Positions 49,662 to 61,440 of a stretch of DNA of 64,000 bases are shown here, one piece after another (within the stretch, counting starts at the first letter, position 1; the number at the start of each line of letters is the position of its first letter). Position numbers and translations under genes: made by a program. The DNA is taken from assembly GCF_028641065.1 (NCBI RefSeq), contig NC_073391.1, positions 5,456,001-5,520,000 on the forward strand, in the 5' to 3' direction. The notes beneath the pieces were generated by a model that had not been told where the DNA came from, searched no databases, and was given only the letters and a program-made list of their open reading frames with translations. The stretch is from Leucoraja erinacea (taxonomy: Eukaryota).

Positions 49662-50724
49662 TCACTCTTTGCCCGAAGCCTTTCTGCCACAGCATAATGG
49701 GGTGTTTGTGGAGGAGTTTGTGATGGTGGAGATTGCAGTGACGGGATCCCACCCCCCTTGCGATGTGCACTACTTGCTGACGAAAATTGCTGCTGATTCT
49801 CTTGAGATTCCCACTCTAATGGCGTCACCGTAACCACTGTCTACACTCAAACTGCTACAAAGTTTGCACCAAATAGGCCAGATGCTACTGAAGGACACAA
49901 TGCATAGGAAGGAACTGCAGATGCTGGTTTAAACCAAAGGTAGAAACAAAATGCTGATGAACTCAGCTGGACAGGCAGCATCTCTGGATAGAAGGAATGG
50001 GTGATGTTTCGGGTCGAGACCCTTCTTCAGTCTGAACCCGAAACGTCACCCATTCCTTCTATCCAGAGATGCTGCCTGTCCCGCCGAGTTCCAGCATTTT
50101 GCGTCTGTCTTCACTGAGGAACTGAATATTATTCATGTGCTTTTCCAGCCTGACTAAGCTATGAGAGGGAATGAATTTTCTTGATTTGTAAATGATTTCC
50201 TGCCTTTATTGCACCCACTCCAATGTCCCAAAGTTAAGAAATGTATAACGGAGGAAGCGTCATCAGAAGCAGCGACATCATCACAATGATTTCTCAGCCT
50301 CCCCTGAAGTATCATTTACCGCAATCAAATGGTTCCATTGTTACAGAAAGGTGCACTGATTAAAGCTTCCATTACTGATCTGGGAACATTATCCATACAA
50401 TTGCATATCTCTGCAATGCCCAAACCCAGAAAACTCTAAGTGTGTGACACTTTTGGTGACATCACCACGGCACAGGTCCACCTACCATCAGACCAGCGAG
50501 AAAGGGAAATGTGTGTTAATCCTTGATCTTCACAAATCAATATTACCACATTGAGCACCATGATATGAACAATAATCTGTACAATCAGTGGCCTAAACCT
50601 TATATGGACAGAGAATAACAATGAACACTTCAAAATATTGACCTTTCTCTGCTGCCATGCCGTCCATCATCCAAATGTAAGACATTGTGTAGAATTAGAC
50701 CATGTCGGCACAATCATAGCACAT

Positions 50725-51322
50725 CAAACATAGAACAGCACAGCACAGGAACAGGCCCTTCAGCCTCCACTGTCTGTGCTGTACATAATGCTAAGCTATC
50801 TGATCTCCACAGCTTGCATCTGGTCCATATTACTTAATTCCCTGCATATTCATCTGACTATTTAAAAGCTTCTTAAACACCACTATCATATCTGCTGTTA
50901 CCAGCACGCCCAACTTCCCATTCCAGAACTACCACTTTTTAAACAAAAAAAATTGTCCCAAACATCTCTTTTAAACTTCAGCATCTGGTAAAAGGTTCTG
51001 ACTGTTTACTCTATCTATGCCTCTTATAATTTTATCAACTTCTATCAGGTCTTTTAGCCTTCGATATTCCATAGGAAACAATTCTTGTTTGTCCATCTTC
51101 TCCTTATTGCTAATGCCCTCCACTCCAGGCAGCATTCCGGTAAACTTCTCCTGCACTTTTTTCCAAAGTCTCTGCCTCCACATCCTTCTTGTAATGGGGG
51201 TGATCTGAACTGCACACTGTACTCCAAACGAAACCCAACATTGACCTTACCAAAGTTTAATAAAGCTGCTGCATGACTTCCTGACTTTCATATTCAATGC
51301 CCCAATTGATGAAGGCAACCAT
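50725..51322 (-). mobile_element. Old CR1 LINE 3' fragment
   Basis: KVQEKFTGMLPG..YRRLKDLIEVDKIIRGIDRV. Confidence 0.75.
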
Positions 51323-52115
51323 ATATAATACCGTTTATTTGTCATTTGAACCTCACATGAAGTTCAATCAACATTTGGTTTCTGCAGTCATACAAGAAAA
51401 GAACCAAGACATACACCAACACAATTTACACAAACATCCATCACAGTGAATCTCCTCCTCACTGTGATGGAAGGCAAAGTCTTGTCTCTGCCCTGCTCTC
51501 CATTCCTCTCTCAAAGTCAAAGCCCTGGCGGGCGCTAGCAAGGCCCACGGCCACTTAAAGCCGCGGCGGGCGATGTAAGGCCCTGCTCCGGGTATTGATG
51601 TTGGAGCCCCCGGCGGGCGCTAGCAAGTCCGCGGCCATTTAAAGCCGTGCCGGGTGTTGTAAGGCCCCGCTCCAGGTCACTTTCAACCCCGCAATTCGAG
51701 CGGGAGAAGTCGCCATTGCCGGTGCCCCGCAAAGCGGTCTCCCACCAGGGACCCGCGAGCTCCCAGTGTCACCATCCACCGGAGTCGGGTTGCAGCCACG
51801 CGCCACCACAGCTCTCCACGCTCCGAAGCTGGCCAGCTCCACGATGGTAGGTCCGCAGCTCCGCAGGCTCCGTGACTTGAGCCCCCAGGTCGTTCCGGTT
51901 GGAGGCCGCTCCACGGTGCTTGGCCCCAATGACAACGGAGACCCTACAGGGAAAAGGTCGGGTCCCCATGCAGGGAACAGATTTAAAAGTTTCCCCCATC
52001 CACCCCCCCGCCCCCCACACATACACAGTCAAAAACCCACCACAAATTATACATTCAACAGGACAATAAAATAAAAAAAGACAGACGGACTGCAGAGGCG
52101 CCGGTCGTGCCGCCA
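51323..52115 (-). mobile_element. GC/CpG-rich non-coding retroelement with Rex1/Babar-like 3' tail
   Basis: AATAAA-ending tail on minus, resembling 15410-15630; internal ~85-bp duplication; no credible ORF. Confidence 0.5.
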
Positions 52116-52651
52116 ACCCAACATTGTGTAGGAAATAACTGCAGATGTTGGTTTAAATTGAAGATAGACACAAAATGCTGGAGTAACACAGCGGGACAGG
52201 CAGCATCTCTGGAGAGAAGGAATGGGTGACATCTCGACCCGAAACGTCACCCATTCCTTCTCTCCAGAAATGTTGCCTGTCCCACTGAGTTGCTCCAGCA
52301 TTTTGTGTTTACATACCATCTACCTTCTTCACCACTCTGTCTACTTGGTGTTGCCAGTCTGGAAATGGAACAAATGAAGGTGGCTGCCCATTCTACGGAA
52401 ACATTTTACCTTCTGTTGAGAAATCACCTACAATGTTTTCTTATATTTTCAAGGAAAACATTTGAACTTTGACTGTGTAGAAAATCTTGAGGCCTCTGTT
52501 CAGAATACTGCCTGCGTGTACACTGTCTTACACATCCAGTTGGCTTGACTCTGTGGTGATTAACTAGCTTAGCGTCAAGCCTAAATCTGCGTGCCATTAT
52601 TTCTGACTTTCCAAAAATGTCTGACTGAATTTCAGGTCCAGGGGAAGACTC

Positions 52652-52670
52652 TGCTTCCCCCTGGTGGTGT
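52652..52670 (-). promoter_or_regulatory. Candidate CTCF site
   Basis: Minus strand ACACCACCAGGGGGAAGCA matches the CCACCAGGGGG core, in non-repeat sequence. Confidence 0.4.
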
Positions 52671-52892
52671 GGAGAATTCCACATCTGAAAGAATAAAAGG
52701 CACTGACTCATGAGAGCTGATGGAAGACATCACCCTTTCAGCTGGACCAGAGGAGGTCCAGAGTGTGGGCTACTGGGTGAAGGGCAGAGTATGGGCTACT
52801 TGGCTGTAGAGTGTATGTGAGCACTTCCACCAAGAGGAGAAATGCACAGCACCTCATAATTCACTTGGGCAGCTTACACCCCAACTGTGTAA

Positions 52893-53206
52893 AGGACAAG
52901 GGGTCACAGCTTAAGGATAAGGGGTAAATCCTTTAAAACCGAGATGAGAAGAACTTTTTTCACACAGAGAGTGGTGAATCTCTGGAACTCTCTGCCACAG
53001 AGGGTAGTTGAGGCCAGTTCATTGGCTATATTTAAGAGGGAGTTAGATGTGGCCCTTGTGGCTAAGGGGATCAGGGGGTATGGAGAGAAGGCAGGTACGG
53101 GATACTGAGTTGGATGATCAGCCATGATCATATTGAATGGCGGTGCAGGCTCGAAGGGCCGAATGGGCTACTCCTGCACCTAATTTCTATGTTTCTATGT
53201 TTCTAT
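52893..53206 (+). mobile_element. CR1 3' end, nearly identical to 13265-13578
   Basis: Only a handful of differences over ~310 bp by eye. Confidence 0.93.
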
Positions 53207-53412
53207 GGTATGAATTTTGACTTATCTAACTTCAAGTAACCCTTGCTTTCCCTCTCTCTCCCTCCCCCATCATAGTTCTCTGACCAGTCTGGCTGTCTCC
53301 CAGACCAATGTTATCTCTGTATGCTAAGTTGTCACCTTCTCCTAGATATCAATAATTGATTCTACATTTTCCTTGACCGTCATCTCCTTTGGTGTCTCGT
53401 TTTCACACCTCA

Positions 53413-53865
53413 AGGGCCTGTCCCACTTAGGCGATTTTTTTAGGTGACCACCGGTGACTAGGCTATCACATGGTCGCCGGGTTGTCGCCTGTATGGCCGT
53501 GAATATTCTCCTCAATCGACCAAAGAGTCATAGCGCCTTTCTGGTTGCCGCTGGATTTTGAAATGTTCAAAACGTTTCGGCGACAGTCGGCGACCGTGGT
53601 CTTGTCATAGCTTGTCTTCTCCTGATGTAGGTGCTGTCGTAGGTTGTCGCCAGGATGACATAGGTTGTCACCGGTGCTGACTTCTGCGAATTCCATTGTC
53701 ATAGACAATTGCAGTCGCCTAGAAAATCCCCTAAGTGGGACAGGCCAAGTAGTCCAGTCGCCGTTTTTTCAGCGACCTGCTACGACTGTGACAGTCGCTG
53801 TTTTTTCAGCGACCTGCTACGACTGTGACAGTCGCCTAATAAAATCGCCTAGTGGGACAGGCCCT
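53413..53865. mobile_element. Harbinger-like MITE with an extra internal terminus
   Basis: AGGGCCTGTCCCACT TIR; GTGGGACAGGCC at both ~53735 and ~53852; TCA/TAA flanks. Confidence 0.85.
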
Positions 53866-54820
53866 TAACTCTCCCTTATCTCTGTGTCTCCCTCTCCCCT
53901 AACATTTAGTCTGAAAAGGGACTCGACCCGAAACGCCACCCATTCCTTCTATCCAGAGATGCTGCCTGTCCCGCTGAGTTACTCCAGCATTTTGTTTCTA
54001 TCTGCTGATGTCATGTGATTGGAGTGCCCTTATGAGCTCTGTAATGCAAGTGGAACTCTATTAGGGTCCAGACATATTACAGGTTGTGTTCCCACTGTGC
54101 ACCTGCCATTAAAGCTTCTTAGAAACATAGATACATAGAAAATAGGTGCAGGAGTAGGCCATTCAGCCCTTCGAGCCTGCACCGCCATTCAATATGATCA
54201 TGGCTGATCATCCAACTCAGTATCCTGTACTAACAAGATGATCTACTCCAACATGTTTGCAGTCTTCTTCCTGATGGATGTGGTGTGATCCTAGGTGTCA
54301 GCAATCCTTTCTGGCAGAACAGGATTCTGTTCCCGAAGAACAAGCTAACAGAGTTCTGACTGAAGCAGCCTTTGACCGCACTGAGGCATGAAGAATTCGG
54401 ATGGCCTATGCCCTAGCCTCAATAGAAGCAGAATCCTGCTCCATCACCTGCAGTCTTGGGGATGTCAACACCCCAGGCTTCAAGATTATTGCACTCCAAG
54501 CACTGCATGAAATTAGAGTCATGTAGTCAGAAGGCTCCCTCAGATCAACTCATCTATGCCGACCAAGTTCTGAACAAGGTAGACAAAAATGCTGGAGAAA
54601 CTCAGCGGGTGAGGCAGCATCTATGGAGCGAAGGAAATAGGCAACTTTTTTTCTTCAGGGTTTCAGCCCGAAACGTTGCCTATTTCCTTCGCTCCAAAGA
54701 TGCTGCCTCACACGCTGAGTATCTCCAGCATTTTTGTCTACCTTCGATTTTCCAGCAGCTGCAGTTCCTTCTTAAATAAAAAAATTCTGAACGTCCCATT
54801 TGCCTATATTTGACACATAT

Positions 54821-55022
54821 TGTAGTGACATCAGGCAGGTTGAGCGAAATGTTTTAATTCCAAAACACAAACAAAAACTCGTAATACCGCGTACCTAGTC
54901 TAGCTAACATATACAGCTCCTGTCGACATGAGGAGCGCTAATTACTAACTAAAAGCCAACAAACAAAGCCCCGCGGTCACGAAGGTTCTGACTTCCCAGC
55001 CCCACCACTAGGTGCCGCTACA
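54821..55022. mobile_element. Short solo LTR (Gypsy-like), 202 bp, inserted in an old CR1 3' UTR
   Basis: TGTAGTGACA...TGCCGCTACA inverted termini and 4-bp TSD ATAT. Confidence 0.8.
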
Positions 55023-56162
55023 ATATCCCTCTAAACACCTCCTACCCAGAAATCTGTACAATTGTCTTTTGGAAGTCACATTCGTATCCACTGGCAACTT
55101 TTTCAAAGTTACTGACCACCCTCCGAGGGAACAAAATGCCCCAGAGCAATTAAATCTCTCTTAAATTTTACCCCCCAAAGAATATTCCCAGCCTCTCCCT
55201 ATATCTCAAGCCCGCAAGTCACGATACCATCCTGGTAAGTCTCTTCAGCGGGACTGGGAACCATCAAGACTTGGATCCAGCAGCTGTAGAAAGTATAATG
55301 ACCTGAATGGACAAGGTCAGGAGATACATCTAGAATTGCCTCATCCCATCACACAATTAGTCTTCATCTGAAGAAGGGACCCGAAACGTCATCCATTTCT
55401 TCTACCAAAGATGCTGGCTGTCTCGCTGAATGACTCCAGCTTTTGTGTCTATCTTCAGTTTAAACCAGCATCTGCAGTTCCTTCCTACACAATAGTTCAA
55501 GCGTATACATTTCACACCCCTCACACCTTTCGCTTGTAAGACCAAACCCTTGTGTATCTCTTCCTCCAGAGAGTTGGGACTTTGCAAGGAGTGATGGCTG
55601 CACTGGAGCTTTGCTGCATAAGCTGTAATGATTATCTGGCTGATGTTGTGAGCAATAGTTCATTCTTTCTCTAAGCAGCCACTACAGTTTGGGCAACAGA
55701 GTCAGACATTTGCTAATGTTTGGGGATGAATTTTCAAGTAACTCTGTCAGTGGAAAGTGCTGACTTTAAGTGGCTGAAGAGATGTCCTGCTGCTTATTCT
55801 GCTCAATTTGGATCATGTCGTTGCTGGAGTTCAGTTCCGTTTAAGTTAATGTAAATAAAGCATCATATATGCTCCTTTTCTCTAGGGTGGTTTTAATGCT
55901 CCCATTGGGGAACATTTCTGGGCAACAGAATCTATATTTACATGTGCAAATCCGAATATTAAATTAATTGGCTGGATTTTCGAGCCAGCAGCAAAACAAT
56001 GAAGATTATGAGGATTTTTTAAAAAGTAATAAACGATTGTTTTTAAAGCCATGGGCTTAAAAACTTATTTACTCTGAATGGCGGGTCGAAGGGCCATTAC
56101 ACCAAACACAGATAATATTTTAGTTGCAGGCCCACTAGAGCAAATCAGTAGCATCTGACAAT

Positions 56163-56495
56163 TAGGCACAAAATGCTGGATTATCATCTCTGGAGAGAAG
56201 GAATATGTGACATTTCGGGTTGAGACCCTTCTTCAGACTGAGAGTCGGGAGAAGGAGACATGGGATGGTAAGGTGTGAAAACGAGAGATCGAAGGGGACA
56301 AACATCCGAAGAAGGTAGAATAGATCATTGTTAGCTCGGGGAAGGTGACAACGAACCATACAAAGGTAAAATTTAATCAGGAGGGCAGTCAAACTGGTCG
56401 GAGCACTAGGATGGGGGAGGGATGGAGAGAGAGGGAAAGCAAGGATTAATTGAAGGTAGAGAAGTCAATATTCATACCGCTGGGTTGTAAGCTGC
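56163..56495 (-). mobile_element. Penelope-like ORF end plus pseudo-LTR
   Basis: SLQPSGMNIDFSTFN* on minus followed by the hammerhead-bearing repeat; similar copy at 58075-58455. Confidence 0.75.
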
Positions 56496-58579
56496 ACTGC
56501 CCTTGGACAGCGTTTGTCTCCCCAGTGCCCACAGGAAGAGGGCACTGCCCTCGGGCTTGGGAAGCCTCTTGCTCTGCAAGGATATCTCTTCACTTTACTG
56601 GGACAGGTGTTGTAATTTTGTCCTTTTTTTTTTTTTGCTTCCTGTTTTTTCCCCTGCTGTACCTACCTACTACAATCAGTCTGAAGAAGAGTCTTGACCC
56701 CAAACGTCACCTATCCATTTTCTCCAGAGATGCGATCTGACCAGCTGAGTTACTCCAGCATATCGCACCTATTTTTGCTGTACTTACACATAGAAACATA
56801 GAAACTAGGAGCATGAGTAGGCCATTCGGCCCTTCGAGCCAGCACCGCCATTCAATATGATCATGGCTGATCATCCAAAATCAGTACCCCGTTCCTGCTT
56901 TCTTCCCATATCCCTTGATTCCTTTAGTCCTAAGAGCTTAATCTAACTCTCTCTTGAATACATCCAGTGAATTGGCCTCCACTGCCTTCTGTGGCCGAGA
57001 ATTCCACAGATTCACAATTCTCTGGGTGAAAAAGTTTTTCCTCATCCTAGTTCTAAATGGCCTACCCCTTATTCTTACATTGTGACACTGGCTCTGGACT
57101 CCCACAACATTGGGAATGTTTTTGCTGCATCTAGCATCCAACGCAATTGGCAATATGGTATAGTTACAATCTGTCTGGTTGGCTTTGAGTTGTATGGGTG
57201 GATGTGCCGACTTGTATGGTGCGTGCAAGAGGAGGAGCGTCTGTGGGTTTCTTAGCATTCCTGCTTGCATTAGCAAATAAACAGAGATGGTGCTATGAAC
57301 AGATCGTAGTTTATTGAAGGCAATAACACTCAGCTAAACAACAGTGTCTGGTACAACGAGAAATCAAAGACATACCATATGGCCATATGGCATGTTTTGT
57401 TCTTAAAGAGGCATTCAGAGTTACAGTATATATATTGCACTGTAAAATGGAATAAATCCCTGGGAACCCATAACCATTTACATACATAAAATTATATTAT
57501 CAGCAATCTGCTTATATTAATATACAGTGGCAAATTCAACTATAGACACAAAATGCTGGAGTAACTCAGCGCGACAGGCAGCATCTCTGGAGAGAAGGAA
57601 TGGGTGACGTTTTGGGTCGAGACCCTTCTTCAGACTAAGTATAAATTCTCTTTGTCCCTCGCATTCTTTGTTAATGAAACTTTTCATTGCAAGCTGCACT
57701 TGAGATCTTTGAAATATCCACTCCAGGCACTAATAACTCTGCTACTCCAGCTGGGTTTATTGCATATCTGGTCTCTGCATTTTCAGCATTAAGTTCTTAA
57801 AACTTTGGAATATATTGTATTGTAAAGTCCTTATTGTTCCGGTGGAATAGGGGCTCGTGGATAACAAAATAATTGGCCACCTATGGGGGCCCCTCACAAT
57901 GACTACGGCTGCACCGACATATAGTGACCAGTTCTTCCATGGATATTACAACCTCAATTTTCTTAGTCTTGTCAAAACAAGCTGAAGTAGATCAGTATCC
58001 CAGGCCCAAGCTTTGGTCACCAATCTACTCACATTCCCACACTCTGTCTTCATCAGTGAGTCAACAATTCCTGGGATAGACACAAAAATGCTGGAGTAAC
58101 TCAGGCGGACAGCGGGGCAGCATCTCTAGATAGAAGGGGTGGGTGACGTTTTGGGTCGGGACCCTTCTTCAGACTGAGTCAGGAAAGAGGGAGATACAGA
58201 GATGAAGAAATGCAAGGCGTGAAAACGTGACAAAGGGGATGGAGCTCAAGGAAAATGTAGAATAGATCATTGTTAGATGGGAGACGGTAACAGCAAAGCA
58301 CACAGAGATGAAATGTAAATGAGGACAGTCACTAGTCAAAGAACTGGGAAGGGGCGAAGGATGGAGAGTGAGAGGGAAAGCAAAGTTTGCTTGAAGTTAG
58401 AGGTCAGTATTCATACAGCTGGGGTGTAAGCTGCCCAAGTGAAATAAGCTGCCCAAGTTCCTGGGCATGCCTATCACTGCTCATTTGTCCTATGCCCAGC
58501 AAATGGATGTAATCAGAAAGCAAGTTCATCAATGCCAATACTTCATTATACAATGGTGATGGAGCCAGTAGAGCATCAC

Positions 58580-60400
58580 TGTGGATCATCGGCACAATGG
58601 ACTTACCCTCCCTCCAACCAGGGCCTATATGGATGATATGACCTTGGTGACCACAACAGTAGCTTGTACAAGATGGTTGTTAGAGGTTAAATGATCATCT
58701 TAAATGGGCTGGATTGAAGATGAAGCCTAGTAAGCCACAAAGCATTTCTTTGGCAAGAGGAAAAGCAGTAGAGAAATGGTCTTGTGTGGATGAGGAAGAA
58801 ATCCCATCTATAATGGAGAAACCAGTTAAAAGTTTGGGTAGATGGTAGAACAAGAAGTTGGATGACAGTGAACAGGTTCAGCAACTTAGAAAGGATGTTA
58901 CTGACGGGTTAGAAAGGATAGAGAAGTCAGGGCTTCCAGGCACATTGAAGTTGTTGTGTTTGTAGTTTGGGCTAGTCCCTAGGTTGTTGTGGCCATTGAC
59001 AGTATGTGAGAGGCCAATTTCTAAGGTGGAAAGGTGAGGGAGATTGGTTAGTTCTCGTATTAGGAAATGGTTCGGAGTTTCACGGTGTCTTAGTAATGTG
59101 GCTTTATATGGGAAAGGTATTCTCCATTTACCATTGTCTAACCTAACAGAAGAGTTTACGTGTGCTAAGGTGAGGTTAGAGTTGCAATTATCAGGGAGTA
59201 AGGACACTTTAGATAGTAATCTGGTGCCAAGTGTAACTAGAGGGAGGATTGGATCTCAAAGCAGGCAATAGAAGAAGCACAAGCAGCTCTGAGGCATACA
59301 GACATTGTTGGTGGGGTGCAGCAAGGGAAAGGAGGTTTAGGGCTCATCTCAGGGAACCCAGTGTGGAGTAAAGCAGGTTCAACAGAGAGGAGAACATTGG
59401 TTGTCAAGCAGGTACATCGTCAGGAGAAAGCAGTGAGATGTGTAAGGGCAGTAGCTCAGGTTAAGCATGGACAGTGGATGAACTGGGAAAGTGTAGAAAA
59501 TAGGAGGTTTAGCTGGAGGAACCTGTGGTGTATGGAGGCGGGTCAAGGGCTATTTATGATGTGTTGCGATCACCGCAGAACCTCAAATAGTGGGTAGGAG
59601 TCCCTCGTGTTCAGGGGTGGCAAAAATGAGGCATGTTTTGTGAGGATGTAGGACTAGTCTTTCTCAGGGTCAGTATACCTGGTGGCATAACCAGGTATTG
59701 AAGTGCAGAGCTGCAGCAATTAAGAGGAAGAGAGTACAGATGGATTCAGTAGGCATCAGGACTGACAGTGCAGCAATTCATTTTGGCCGTGAGGGAGAGA
59801 AAGGTAGAGGGGGGAAGTTTTCAGACAGGTATGAGTCAGGCCAGTTACGGGGAGCCAGTGATTGGGAGATGTGGGAGATTTAGGAGGAAAGCTTGTTGTT
59901 CCACAGGGAATAATTAGTGCTAGTTTGAGGCCTGATATAGTATTATGGGCAGTGTTTAAGAAGGAACTGCAGATGCTGGAGAATCGAAGGTTACACAAAA
60001 AAGCTGGAGAAACTCAGCGGGTGCAGCAGCATCTATGGAGTGAAGGAAATAGGCAACGTTATGGGCAGTTAGTCAGTGGATAGTGTATTTTATAGAACTG
60101 ACGGTGCCTTGGGAGAACAGTGGATGAGGCTTATGAATGGAATGGGCTTAGATATGTAGAGTTTGCAGCAGAACTTGAGCAGCGAGGATGGAGAGCAAGA
60201 GTATGTCCGGTTGAGGTGGGTTGTAGAGGTTTCATAGCGAGATCAACCATGTCGCTATTTGGAGAGCTGGGAATCTGCAGACAGTTTGCTTCAGGCTGTA
60301 AAGGGGGTGTCAGAGGCAGCAGAGCAAGGCAGTGGGTGGATTTGGTGGAGAAGAAATAGTGTCTGTTGGGGGCAGAAAGGAAACATACGATATGCAGTAT
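58580..60400 (+). mobile_element. Hero/R2-superfamily LINE (restriction-like endonuclease), degenerate
   Basis: RAYMDD (58626), YTW.HNQVL, LRPDIVLW, IELTVPWE, CPVEVGCRGF; a probable 3' UTR piece lies at 61441-61550. Confidence 0.8.
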
Positions 60401-60581
60401 GTGTATTCTTTGTAAATGTAGTTTGTGTAAGTGTATCCCGGTCTTTTGCAAGGGTGATATTTGTGGTGTTACAAGTTTAATGACGGGCTTGGATTAGTGG
60501 AAGATAAATGCAGGTATTTAGCATTTGTTAGAGTGAGGTGCAGCTGCAGCTTCCTTTATTTAGTAGATACTGGTAGTATAG

Positions 60582-61440
60582 GTGGTGAGAGTGAGGGTGA
60601 GAGTGAGGGTGAGAGTGAGGGTGAGTGANNNNNNNNNNNNNNNNNNNNNNNNNNNNNNNNNNNNNNNNNNNNNNNNNNNNNNNNNNNNNNNNNNNNNNNN
60701 NNNNNNNNNNNNNNNNNNNNNNNNNNNNNNNNNNNNNNNNNNNNNNNNNNNNNNNNNNNNNNNNNNNNNNNNNNNNNNNNNNNNNNNNNNNNNNNNNNNN
60801 NNNNNNNNNNNNNNNNNNNNNNNNNNNNNNNNNNNNNNNNNNNNNNNNNNNNNNNNNNNNNNNNNNNNNNNNNNNNNNNNNNNNNNNNNNNNNNNNNNNN
60901 NNNNNNNNNNNNNNNNNNNNNNNNNNNNNNNNNNNNNNNNNNNNNNNNNNNNNNNNNNNNNNNNNNNNNNNNNNNNNNNNNNNNNNNNNNNNNNNNNNNN
61001 NNNNNNNNNNNNNNNNNNNNNNNNNNNNNNNNNNNNNNNNNNNNNNNNNNNNNNNNNNNNGGTGAGGGTGAGAGTGAGAGTGAGAGCGAGGGTGAGGGTG
61101 AGGGCGAGAGTGAGAGTGAGAGTGAGGGTGAGGGGGTGAGGGTTGGGGTTGAGAGTTGAGGTTGGGGTTAGGGTGAGGGTTGAGAGTTAGGGTGAGTGGT
61201 GAGGGTGAGGGTGAGGGTGAGGGGTGAGGGTGAGAGCGANNNNNNNNNNNNNNNNNNNNNNNNNNNNNNNNNNNNNNNNNNNNNNNNNNNNNNNNNNNNN
61301 NNNNNNNNNNNNNNNNNNNNNNNNNNNNNNNNNNNNNNNNNNNNNNNNNNNNNNNNNNNNNNNNNNNNNNNNNNNNNNNNNNNNNNNNNNNNNNNNNNNN
61401 NNNNNNNNNNNNNNNNNNNNNNNNNNNNNNNNNNNNNNNN
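60582..61440. repeat. (GGTGAG/AGTGAG)n hexamer array flanking two assembly gaps (N 60629-61060, 61240-61440)
   Basis: Directly visible. Confidence 0.95.

Larger units (their letters stand above)
52822..54003 (+). mobile_element. Penelope-like 3' ORF end plus pseudo-LTR, interrupted by a CR1 tail (52893-53206) and a MITE (53413-53865)
   Basis: QHLI.HLGSLHP|GMNFDLSNFK* is split by the CR1; hammerhead-like motif at 53911. Confidence 0.75.

Noticed and set aside
52428-52684. Minus-strand exon of a nested gene (good acceptor, open frame)
   Set aside because: No recognisable protein and a weak donor; joining it to the 28-nt candidate at 48471-48498 gives an immediate stop. A non-coding transcript cannot be excluded.
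57330-57355. Iron-responsive element (CAGTGT loop) or H/ACA snoRNA
   Set aside because: The 5-bp upper IRE stem does not pair, and the ACA spacing does not fit.
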